From a virus, in the IMG/VR virus record IMGVR_UViG_3300028585_000011: a DNA stretch of 39,757 bases; one strand, written 5' to 3'. Both the position numbers and the translations under genes were made by a program. Under the pieces are notes generated by a model, which was not told the DNA's origin, did not search any database, and saw only the letters and a list, made by a program, of their open reading frames with translations. This document shows positions 32,425 through 39,757 of the stretch, piece by piece. Numbering within the stretch: the stretch's first letter is position 1; every line of letters starts with the position of its first letter.

Positions 32425-33457
32425 GGCACGTATGTTTGGCGGTGGCATTGCCGCAATGATGACGTCGGCGATCGCGCTGACGCCGTGGGCGCCTTCGTCC
32501 ATGTGCATGATCGAGGGCGAAGGCGACGCGGGCGCCGGCGGGGGCGGTGGTGGCGCTGCCGGCCTGCTCGATGACGAAACGCCTACGCCGTCGCCAAGTC
32601 CGACGCCCACGCCAAGCCCGACACCGACGCCGACACCCGGCCCGACTGGCGAAGCTGATGCGCTTGCGTGGGCGTCGGGTGTGTCGACGACGGCGGACGG
32701 CGAGAACGCCAGCAACTTCGATTGGTTGAAGTCCAAGGGCGTCAAGGATCTCGACGGCCTGGTCAAAATGACGCGGGACACCGAGGCGGCGTTTCACGGC
32801 AAAGGAACGATCAAGGTTCCCGGCGAGGGCGCTAAGCCGGAGGAAGTCGCAGCCTTCAACAAGGCGATCGGCGTGCCCGAGAAAGCGGCCGACTATACGA
32901 TCGAGCTGCCGGCGGTCGGTGAAGGCGACGACAAGCTTGAGCTCGACGTCGCGTTTCTGGATCCGATGCGCGAGGCGGCGCTAAAGGCCGGCGTCCCCAA
33001 AGCGGCATTCGAGGCACTCGGCAAGGCGTTCGTGCAACACCAGCTCGACAACATGGCGAACGCCGCGCGTGCGCAGGACGGCGAGGTTGACGCGCTTTAC
33101 AAGGAATGGGGGCCGAACAAGGCGGCGAACGTCCAGGACTTCCGCGCCGGCGCGAAGGTGCTGGGCCTGTCCAGGGCGGATATTGCCGAATGGCAGACCG
33201 GCGCCGGCTCGAGGAAGGTCATGGAGAAGCTCGCCGCGATCGGCAAGATGGCCGGCGAGGATCTTCTTTCCGGCGGGCAGCGGCAGAATTTTGGCGTCGC
33301 CAGCAAGGAGGAAGCGCAGCGGCAGATCGCGGCAATGTCCAATGACAAGGACATTCAGGCGAAGCTCAAGCAGAAGGACGCCGCGACGGTCGCCAAGTGG
33401 AACCGGCTTAACGACGCGATCGCCGAATTCAGCAAGCGCGAAGCTAACACCAAGTGA
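32417..33457 (+). CDS. Scaffolding protein, 346 aa
   Basis: GGAGG lies 9 nt upstream of the ATG. A low-complexity Gly and (Thr/Ser-Pro)n region is followed by helical repeats with GVPEKAADYTIELP-type motifs typical of podovirus scaffolds. It sits between portal and capsid. Confidence 0.65.
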   Translation: MNRARMFGGGIAAMMTSAIALTPWAPSSMCMIEGEGDAGAGGGGGGAAGLLDDETPTPSPSPTPTPSPTPTPTPGPTGEADALAWASGVSTTADGENASNFDWLKSKGVKDLDGLVKMTRDTEAAFHGKGTIKVPGEGAKPEEVAAFNKAIGVPEKAADYTIELPAVGEGDDKLELDVAFLDPMREAALKAGVPKAAFEALGKAFVQHQLDNMANAARAQDGEVDALYKEWGPNKAANVQDFRAGAKVLGLSRADIAEWQTGAGSRKVMEKLAAIGKMAGEDLLSGGQRQNFGVASKEEAQRQIAAMSNDKDIQAKLKQKDAATVAKWNRLNDAIAEFSKREANTK

Positions 33458-33519
33458 AAGTGCCGCCTCGGCAACGTCGGTTGCTCGAGGCGATCACGCA
33501 ACGCAGAAGGAAGTACGAC

Positions 33520-33822
33520 ATGACGTTGAAACCCGTAGAACCCGCCGATTTCGACCGATCGCGCGCGGCCGATCTTCACCAGACCGCGACGTCGCAGGCA
33601 TTGCCGATGACCGCGACGCCGGCGCCGGAACACGTCCAGCGCGTCCACACCGAACGGCGCGAGCTGTTCGAGAAGCTGGAGAAGCTCGAGGCGTTCATCG
33701 CCGGCCCCGCGATCGGCGAGCTCGACAAGGTCGATGCGATGCTGCTCGAGTTGCAGGCAAGCGCAATGCGGCAGTATCTCGAGATCCTCGTACGGCGTCT
33801 CAACCGGTTCGGGGTCGCCTGA
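33520..33822 (+). CDS. Hypothetical helical protein, 100 aa
   Basis: ATG at 33520 follows GAAGGAAG. The ORF-track GTG start (33454) overlaps the scaffold stop and a strong hairpin at 33463-33491. Confidence 0.5.
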   Translation: MTLKPVEPADFDRSRAADLHQTATSQALPMTATPAPEHVQRVHTERRELFEKLEKLEAFIAGPAIGELDKVDAMLLELQASAMRQYLEILVRRLNRFGVA

Positions 33823-33829
33823 TCTCGCG

Positions 33830-33906
33830 GCCGGGGTAATCCGCCAAGGTGGGGGACCGGCGCTAGGCGCGCTGAGTGTAGGTTGGTTCGATGCCAACCC
33901 CCGGCC
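33830..33906 (+). ncRNA. tRNA-like structure (non-canonical; possibly a degenerate tRNA or tRNA mimic)
   Basis: A 7/7 acceptor stem pairs GCCGGGG (33830-33836) with CCCCGGC (33899-33905). T is present at position 8. The T-arm GTTGG-TTCGATG-CCAAC (33882-33898) is canonical. The anticodon arm CGGCG-CTAGGCG-CGCTG (33858-33874) is weak, giving anticodon AGG with C at position 37. The D-arm is poor and no CCA is encoded. Confidence 0.3.
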
Positions 33907-33911
33907 ACACC

Positions 33912-33929
33912 AAACCGCGCCGGCGGTTT
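33912..33929 (+). terminator. Small hairpin immediately after the tRNA-like element
   Basis: AAACCGC gccg GCGGTTT followed by TC. Confidence 0.35.
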
Positions 33930-33950
33930 CCGGCAACACAGGAGTGCAAC

Positions 33951-34190
33951 GTGGGAGATGAAAATACGGTCGGCAGCGCGTCCGACGATCGCACGGCGAA
34001 CAACGCAGTTCGCCACCAGTACCGGGTGCTCGACGACAGCGAAAAGGCGGCAATGCTTGCGGTCAAGGATGCCGGTGCGGCGTTCCTCGACATGCTCGAC
34101 CAGCACTGCAAGCCCGGTCGGGAAACCGCGCTCGCGAAGACGAATTTACAGCAGGCGGTCATGTGGGCGGTGAACGGTATTACCGGCTAA
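33951..34190 (+). CDS. Acb2/Tad1-hairpin-family small protein (candidate cyclic-oligonucleotide sponge, anti-CBASS), 79 aa
   Basis: The in-frame GTG at 33951 lies 6 nt after AGGAG. The C-terminal motif GRETALAKTNLQQAVMWAVNGI, together with the upstream HQYRVLDDSEKAAMLAVKDAG, matches the family pattern Y..l..e.....iK......RE.slA.T.LEeA.MWAn.aI as I recall it. Confidence 0.55.
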   Translation: MGDENTVGSASDDRTANNAVRHQYRVLDDSEKAAMLAVKDAGAAFLDMLDQHCKPGRETALAKTNLQQAVMWAVNGITG

Positions 34191-34218
34191 CGCGTTCGCG
34201 ATCAGGTAACACATATTG

Positions 34219-34255
34219 ACAGGCCGCGGATCCCGTTACAGGTTCCGCGGCCTGT
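34219..34255 (+). terminator. Strong hairpin / terminator after the Acb2-like gene
   Basis: ACAGGCCGCGGA (34219-34230) pairs with TCCGCGGCCTGT (34244-34255) to give a 12-bp stem, followed by TCCTTTG. Confidence 0.5.
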
Positions 34256-34414
34256 TCCTTTGGGGGGGCGGACCCCGGATTAGCCGAGCCATCGGCCCCG
34301 GCGCTGATGGGAAAGCCACCCGGCGATCGGCCGTTAAACGATAGAGCGGCCCGGCTATCCAGCCGACTAGCCTTTCGCAGATGATCCGCACTTTTCATTT
34401 GTAGGGAGGCCCCG

Positions 34415-35347
34415 ATGGGCGACGTTACCTTTACCGCGCAGACCCGTTTCGAAAACAACATGCGTCTGGCACTGAACCAGACCAAGCCCAAGCTCGCGAT
34501 CCATTCCGCCGATCGCGATTGCGCCGGCTCGGACAAGATCAAGATCGACAACGTCATTCAGAACAAGAAGACGTCGAAGAAGACCGAGCGTGAAACCGAC
34601 GTCCAGTACGATCAGACCGGCTGGGATGGCATCTGGGTCGCCAAGCCCGACGCCGACTATCTCGCCAAGCTGATCGACAACGACGACAAGCTGATGACGG
34701 AAGTCGACCTGGAGGGCGGCGAAGTCATGGCGCAGAGCGCCGCGATCAACCGCGCGTGGGACGATGCGTGGCTGGGCGGGTTCTTCTCGTCGATGATCAC
34801 CGGCAAGCAGGGCACGGTTCTGAACCCGTTCCCGATCGGCAACGTCGTGCCGGTCGATCTGCGCGTCACCGGCACCGGCCCGACCGGGATGAACACCAAG
34901 AAGCTCAAACGCGCGAAGCGGATCCTGACGCAGAATTTCGTCGACATCGAGAATGTCGAGATCTTTATCGCGTTGACCGCGCAGGCGATCGAAGATCTCG
35001 AAGGCGAGATCGAGATCACCAACGCGGATTACAAGTCGCTCGGCGCGCGCCTCGCACCGGACGGCAAGACGATCCTCGGCATGCTGGGCTTTACGTTCGT
35101 CACGATCGAGCTGGGCAATCCCCTGTTCGACAACTCGGCGCTGACCGTGACGACGGACGGCAACAACTATCGCAAGCTGCCCTTCTGGTCGAAGGACGGC
35201 ATGGTGATGTGCCCGTGGGAACGCCTGTTCACGTCGGTCGACCCGATGCCCGGCAAGCATCACGCGCATCAGGTCTATTCGCGCACGACGGTTACGGCGT
35301 CGCGCACGGATCAGAACCGCTGCGGGTACGTGCTCGTCGCCGAGTAA
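34415..35347 (+). CDS. Major capsid protein, 310 aa
   Basis: Strong RBS (GGGAGG). It lies downstream of the scaffold and is followed by a terminator hairpin. Its size and sequence character fit podovirus HK97-fold coat proteins. Confidence 0.7.
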   Translation: MGDVTFTAQTRFENNMRLALNQTKPKLAIHSADRDCAGSDKIKIDNVIQNKKTSKKTERETDVQYDQTGWDGIWVAKPDADYLAKLIDNDDKLMTEVDLEGGEVMAQSAAINRAWDDAWLGGFFSSMITGKQGTVLNPFPIGNVVPVDLRVTGTGPTGMNTKKLKRAKRILTQNFVDIENVEIFIALTAQAIEDLEGEIEITNADYKSLGARLAPDGKTILGMLGFTFVTIELGNPLFDNSALTVTTDGNNYRKLPFWSKDGMVMCPWERLFTSVDPMPGKHHAHQVYSRTTVTASRTDQNRCGYVLVAE

Positions 35348-35364
35348 GCCAACGCGATCGCGCA

Positions 35365-35387
35365 GCGCCGGCGGGTTATCCGCCGGC
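35365..35387 (+). terminator. Terminator/attenuator hairpin after the capsid gene
   Basis: CGCCGGCGG gttat CCGCCGGCG (9-bp GC stem) followed by tcctgccatcgctttt. Confidence 0.5.
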
Positions 35388-35418
35388 GTCCTGCCATCGC
35401 TTTTGAAGGGAACACCGA

Positions 35419-35856
35419 ATGCGTTACTATTCTCGCGAACAGGTCGGCGTCCTGGATGGGACGGTACAGCCGCCCCTCCTTGCTGACGGCCAGCTCATCA
35501 ACGCCAAGGAGCGCCGCGTGCGCGCTACGATCAACTTCGCAGATCGTCAGCTCGCGATCGGCGACGACGTCATTCTCGGCAAGCGTCCGCGCAACTCCTA
35601 CTACATGGGGCATCGCATCATCGCGAGCGTCTCGCTCGGCGCTACGACGCTCGCGCTTGGCGCAGTCGGCAACAGTCAGAAGTATCGCCCGGCCGCAGTG
35701 TTCACGTCGATCGATACGCCGCTCGCCGTTGCGCTGACGGCACAGGTCGCAGCCGACAAGCTCGCGACCGATGAATTGCAGCTTGCTACGTTCGCCGCAG
35801 CGGCACCGCCCGCGGCGGGTCTTCTCGTCATCGAGACGATCTACACGTACGACTGA
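35419..35856 (+). CDS. Putative minor capsid / head decoration protein, 145 aa
   Basis: Immediately downstream of the capsid gene. Beta-rich, Ala/Gly-rich sequence. RBS is GAAGGGAA. Confidence 0.4.
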   Translation: MRYYSREQVGVLDGTVQPPLLADGQLINAKERRVRATINFADRQLAIGDDVILGKRPRNSYYMGHRIIASVSLGATTLALGAVGNSQKYRPAAVFTSIDTPLAVALTAQVAADKLATDELQLATFAAAAPPAAGLLVIETIYTYD

Positions 35857-35957
35857 TCCCAAGGCGCGGGCGGGTTCACTCCTGGCTTGCCCGTGCTTCC
35901 GTCGACCTCGCTGGCAGACCGAGGGGGATAGTCTGCCACCAAATTAGGGGATCTGAA

Positions 35958-36590
35958 ATGCCGCTGGATTATGTGACCGTCGCCAACCTCGCGTGCGGTT
36001 TTTTCGGCGAAGACAATCAGATCTCGGACAAGGATCAAGACAGCAAGGCGGCGAACGCGGTTCGCAACGCATGGGATCTGGTCCGCCTGTTCGTGCTATC
36101 GAAAACCGACTGGACCTTCGCGACGCGCCGGCAACGGCTCGCAGCTCGCGTTCCTAACGTCGAATGGCCGATCATCAACTTTGAATTCGCCTATCCGCTG
36201 CCAAGTGATTTCGTAAAGCTCGTCAGCGTGTTTGATCAGCAGATCGGCGAGGAAGACTTTGCGCTCGAGTCTGGGCCGAACGGGCGCGAGATCCTGCTAG
36301 ACCGCCGCGGCCCGCTCGAGATCCGGTATATCTGGGACGTCGAGGAAGTCGCGCGTTGGTCGCCAGAATTCATCGAAGCGTTTTCCATGCGGCTCGCATG
36401 GCAAGTTGCCGATCAGCTATCCGGCGACAAGCAGCGCAAGCAACAGGCGCTCGACGCGTTCAAGACGGCGATCACCGACGCGCGCGGATCCGACGCGCGG
36501 CAGAAGCCCCCGCGGCAGATGGTCGAAACGGACTGGTCGCGCGGCCGTCGCGGCTATGGCCTGTCGACCCGCGCGCCGGGCACCTACTGA
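35958..36590 (+). CDS. Tail tubular protein A / adaptor (T7 gp11-like), 210 aa
   Basis: The N-terminal pattern VTVANLACGFFGEDNQISDKDQDSKAANAVRNAWDLVRLFVLSKTDWTFA is typical of gp11-like adaptors. It lies directly upstream of the nozzle gene. Confidence 0.65.
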   Translation: MPLDYVTVANLACGFFGEDNQISDKDQDSKAANAVRNAWDLVRLFVLSKTDWTFATRRQRLAARVPNVEWPIINFEFAYPLPSDFVKLVSVFDQQIGEEDFALESGPNGREILLDRRGPLEIRYIWDVEEVARWSPEFIEAFSMRLAWQVADQLSGDKQRKQQALDAFKTAITDARGSDARQKPPRQMVETDWSRGRRGYGLSTRAPGTY

Positions 36591-38812
36591 TGGTCAAGAC
36601 GATCATACCAACCGGCAACGGTGGCGAGCTATCCAGGCGGATGGAAGGCCGCGTAGATCTCGACGGGATCTATGATCGCGGCTTTGCCGAAATGTTCAAT
36701 TTCGTGCCGACGGTTGAGGGGCCGATCGGCAAGCGGCCGGGGACGCGGCATATCGCCGCGGGGTTCGGTTCGTGGATCTCGAGCTATGTGCCGCAACTCC
36801 GACAGGGCTATATTCTGGAATGGGGCGAGCAGGCGCTTCGCTTCTACACGAACGGCGGGCAGATCCGCGACGGCGCCAACCCCTACCAGATCTCTACGCC
36901 GTACGCGGCCGCGGACGCTCGCAAGATCTGGAAGCACAAAAGCAAGGATCGGCTCTACCTGACGCATGCCAGCTATCCGCCGGCGTCGCTCAACCGCACG
37001 GGCGCCGCGGTGTTCAATGTCGCGCCGCTGCCATTGATGCGCGGACCGTTCAAGACGCAGAACGGCGACGAGGCGATCCGGGTCAATGTCAGTGCGACGA
37101 CTGGCACGGCAGTGGCAACGGCATCCGCGGCGATCTTCAAGCCCGGCCATGTCGGCGCACCTTTCCTGATCGAAGCGCAGGACTTTTCCGACGTGACGGC
37201 ATGGGAGCCGGGATACAACGGCGTCACGATCGGGGCAAAGCGGCGATCGGACGGCAAGGTCTATCAGGCGGAAACCGCCGGCAAAACGGGGACCGTCCAG
37301 CCGACGCACACGGAAGGCACCGAATACGACGGCGCCGCGATCGGCAAGGACATCAACGACAAAGACGCCGGCGGGATCAAGTGGACGTATCTTTACGATC
37401 GGTTCGGCGAAGCGACGATCGCGACCGTCGCCCCCGATGGCCTGTCCGCTACGCTCAACATCACCCGGCGCTTTGCCGACAGTCTTGTTTCGACGCCGTC
37501 TTTCCGCTGGGCGCACTGCGCATTCAGCGCCGCGGAAGGCTGGCCGCATCTGGCGTGCATCTGGGCGGGTCGTCTGTTTCTGTTCAAGGAGCTGGAATTC
37601 TACGGGTCGGTCCGAAACGACTTTTTCAACTTCGCCTATTACACGGACGGCGGGCTGTTCGCGGAGGATATGGCGTTTCGGCGTACGCTGGGATCCAGTG
37701 AGGCGCCGATCTGGGTCAAGGCCGATCAGCAATTGCTTGTCGGCACGCCATCGGGCGAGCTGTTGCTTGGCGCCATCAACTCGCAGGCGGGCGTATCGGG
37801 CGACAATATCGACGCCTTCCCGCAATCGAGCTACGGATCGTCCGACGTCGAGCCCGTCGACATCGGTACGGGGATCCTCTTCGTCCAGCGCGGCAACCGC
37901 AAGATCCGCGAGGCTGAATACCAGTTCGAACGCAACAGGTTCGTCGGCGTCAACACCACGATCTACGCGCGCCACATCATGCGATCGGGATTGCTCCAGC
38001 TCGCCTACCAGCAGGAGCCGGAAGAATTGGTGTGGGGCGTCCGCAATGACGGCGTGATGATCGCGCACGCGCATAGTCCAGAACAGCAGATCAAGGGCTT
38101 TTCCCGCGCCGCGCTGGGCGCCGGCCGCGCGTTGTCGCTGGCGACGATCCCGGCGGACAATGCCGAGACGGACGAATTATGGATCCTTGCGGATCTCGAC
38201 GGCACGCGGGCTGTTCTACAGCTCGGCGACTGGTGGGAAGAAGACGAGGACGCGACGGATCTCGAGCAGCTCGCCAAGCTCAAGGAGGCGTTTTTTGTAG
38301 ACTTCGGCGTCTCGTACCGCGGGGCGCCGAAGACGAGCTTTACGCAAGGGCTGTCGCATCTGGCCGGACGCGACGTTCGGATCCTCGCCGATGGCGGCGT
38401 GGTCGGCGGGCGATCGGTGACACAGGCCGGCGTCCTAACCCCGGATCTGCCCTATCCGGCGTCGACGGTGCATATCGGCATCGGATACCAAGCCCGGCTG
38501 AAACCCATGCGGCCCGAGCTGCGCGGCGCCGGCACTGTCCAGGGGCGGCGCAAGCGCGTCGTCAAGATCATGCTTCGCCTGATCGACACCGCGGCCGCGT
38601 ATCTGCGCAACCCCAAAGGCCACCTTGACAGCATGATCGACCGGCCGCGCAATGCGAACATGGACGAGCCCGTGCCGCTGTTCAACGGCGACACCAAGAA
38701 CACCAGCTATTCGGGCGCGTACGATCGCGACGGCCAGCCTGTCATCGTGTCGGACGATCCGCTACCAATGATGATCTCGGCAATCATGCCAGACATCGAG
38801 ATAGAAAATTGA
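36590..38812 (+). CDS. Tail tubular protein B / nozzle (T7 gp12-like), 740 aa
   Basis: I chose the ATG at 36590 (TGATG overlap) over 36356. The N-terminal FVPTVEGPIGKRPGTRHI pattern, the size and the synteny after the adaptor all fit. Confidence 0.65.
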   Translation: MVKTIIPTGNGGELSRRMEGRVDLDGIYDRGFAEMFNFVPTVEGPIGKRPGTRHIAAGFGSWISSYVPQLRQGYILEWGEQALRFYTNGGQIRDGANPYQISTPYAAADARKIWKHKSKDRLYLTHASYPPASLNRTGAAVFNVAPLPLMRGPFKTQNGDEAIRVNVSATTGTAVATASAAIFKPGHVGAPFLIEAQDFSDVTAWEPGYNGVTIGAKRRSDGKVYQAETAGKTGTVQPTHTEGTEYDGAAIGKDINDKDAGGIKWTYLYDRFGEATIATVAPDGLSATLNITRRFADSLVSTPSFRWAHCAFSAAEGWPHLACIWAGRLFLFKELEFYGSVRNDFFNFAYYTDGGLFAEDMAFRRTLGSSEAPIWVKADQQLLVGTPSGELLLGAINSQAGVSGDNIDAFPQSSYGSSDVEPVDIGTGILFVQRGNRKIREAEYQFERNRFVGVNTTIYARHIMRSGLLQLAYQQEPEELVWGVRNDGVMIAHAHSPEQQIKGFSRAALGAGRALSLATIPADNAETDELWILADLDGTRAVLQLGDWWEEDEDATDLEQLAKLKEAFFVDFGVSYRGAPKTSFTQGLSHLAGRDVRILADGGVVGGRSVTQAGVLTPDLPYPASTVHIGIGYQARLKPMRPELRGAGTVQGRRKRVVKIMLRLIDTAAAYLRNPKGHLDSMIDRPRNANMDEPVPLFNGDTKNTSYSGAYDRDGQPVIVSDDPLPMMISAIMPDIEIEN

Positions 38813-39252
38813 CGGTAGACTTTCGCGATATGCTGGCCGGTGATCTGGTACAGCTCGAGCTCCAGAGCAGTCAGGTGCATGCGCTCGACGCGTATCTACC
38901 GGGAATGTCGGTAATGGATAAGGGGCGCGATCTGGCCGAGAACGGCACCGCCTGGACGGCGATCGCCGATGGCCGGATCATTGCATGCGGAGGCTTTCGC
39001 GACATCTATGCCGGGCAGGGTCTCGCGTGGGTCGCTATGGCGGATGGCGTCGGGGCGGCGCATCTGGCAGTAACGCGGCACGCGCGGCGATGCGTCGAGT
39101 CCGGCACCTATCACCGGATCGAAGCGACGGTCGAGGCCGACAACGATCGCGCGATCGCATGGGCGACGATCATCGGGCTCGAGCCGGTACATACGCTGCG
39201 CAAGTGGGGGCCGAATGTAGGGTCTTATATCCTGTTCGAGAGGGTGGCATGA
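38809..39252 (+). CDS. GNAT-fold protein in the T7 gp13 slot, 147 aa
   Basis: IIACGGFRDIYAGQGLAWVAM...YHRIEATVEADNDRAIAWATIIGLE is an acetyltransferase-like beta-alpha pattern. The start is uncertain: TTG 38809 overlapping the upstream stop, or ATG 38830. Confidence 0.55.
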   Translation: MTVDFRDMLAGDLVQLELQSSQVHALDAYLPGMSVMDKGRDLAENGTAWTAIADGRIIACGGFRDIYAGQGLAWVAMADGVGAAHLAVTRHARRCVESGTYHRIEATVEADNDRAIAWATIIGLEPVHTLRKWGPNVGSYILFERVA

Positions 39253-39671
39253 CGATCGGCAAGGCATTCGGGCAAATCATCGGGGGCGTCGCGCAGCAGG
39301 AAGCCGGCAAATACACGCGCAGCGTCATGCAGACGAACGCGGCGAATGCCGAGGCTGACACGCAAAGCGAGATCGAGCGGCTGCGCACGACGGCGCGGCT
39401 CGCGATGGGGCGACAGGTCAATACGCCGGGCGCCAGCGGGCTCGAGTTCAGCGGATCCGCGCTCGACGCGCTTCGCGAAAGCGGCATCGAAAGCCAGCTC
39501 GAAATGATGCAGACGCGCCGGCAGGGTGCGACGGCCGCAACAGGCTATCGCACACAGGGCAAGATCGCGTATGCGCAAGGCTACAACGGCATGATCCAGG
39601 GCTTTGCCGGCGCCGCGGCCGCGATCGGCGAGGACGCCAAGGATTATGCTGCGGCAGGCAGTGGGGGATAA
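39249..39671 (+). CDS. Small internal virion protein (gp14-like slot), 140 aa
   Basis: ATG at 39249 overlaps the upstream stop (ATGA). The protein is Gly/Ala/Gln-rich (MTIGKAFGQIIGGVAQQEAGKY...), typical of podovirus core proteins. Its last 41 nt are duplicated at 1-41. Confidence 0.55.
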   Translation: MTIGKAFGQIIGGVAQQEAGKYTRSVMQTNAANAEADTQSEIERLRTTARLAMGRQVNTPGASGLEFSGSALDALRESGIESQLEMMQTRRQGATAATGYRTQGKIAYAQGYNGMIQGFAGAAAAIGEDAKDYAAAGSGG

Positions 39672-39757
39672 ACGATGGCGGGATCTGGCGGAGTCTATCG
39701 GGCCGGTAACAATCCGGGCGGCTCGACACGCTTCGCAGGGGCCAGCCCGGATGCGTT
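39631..39757. repeat. Terminal direct repeat, copy 2 (identical to 1-127)
   Basis: See copy 1. Bases 39675-39757 re-read the first 83 nt of CDS 45-2033. Confidence 0.95.

Noticed and set aside
33891-33950. ATG at 33891 as the start of the Acb2-like gene.
   Set aside because: It would place the first 20 codons inside the tRNA-like fold and its hairpin, and it has no RBS. The in-frame GTG at 33951 lies 6 nt after AGGAG.

Overview
The window is one complete, GC-rich phage genome of about 39,630 bp. Bases 1-127 are identical to 39631-39757, so the sequence closes on itself (circular assembly or terminal redundancy). I did not compute GC content; it looks alphaproteobacterial by eye.

The structural backbone follows T7-supergroup podovirus order: portal, scaffold, major capsid, tail tubular A and B, a gp13-like GNAT-fold protein, internal virion/ejection proteins, and tail fibre. 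TerS and TerL lie upstream of the portal. I found no RNA polymerase and no DNA polymerase. Replication genes are limited to a split P4-alpha-like Toprim primase and a Walker-type helicase.

Four transcription arms are apparent:
- A long rightward late arm runs 25008 -> 39671, wraps to 45 -> 12148, and ends at a bidirectional terminator. It contains packaging, head, tail, ejection, fibre and lysis genes.
- A leftward arm of small ORFs runs 13749 -> 12216.
- A rightward arm runs 13840 -> 21925 (HTH regulator, primase, helicase, then a glycan-targeting cassette) and ends at a second bidirectional terminator.
- A leftward arm runs 24310 -> 21987 (small ORFs, a small serine recombinase and a coupled partner).

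Most adjacent genes overlap start on stop (ATGA, GTGA, TAATG).

The items most worth a second look:
- An array of 11 TGTTCCCA octamers with an alternating pyrimidine-purine core, in the largest non-coding gap. It is a candidate P4-type origin or a pac site.
- An Acb2/Tad1-hairpin-family small gene inserted between scaffold and capsid, flanked by a tRNA-like structure and a terminator hairpin.
- A polyvalent ejection protein with lytic-transglycosylase-like and ParB-like motifs.
- A four-gene Asp-box/beta-helix cassette that includes a protein with a Sec signal peptide.
- A resolvase/invertase-type recombinase as the only recombinase in the genome.
- A three-gene insertion with an HTH protein between terS and terL, preceded by a repeat-rich 390-bp non-coding region.

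All protein calls come from reading motifs in the supplied translations. No database search was possible.
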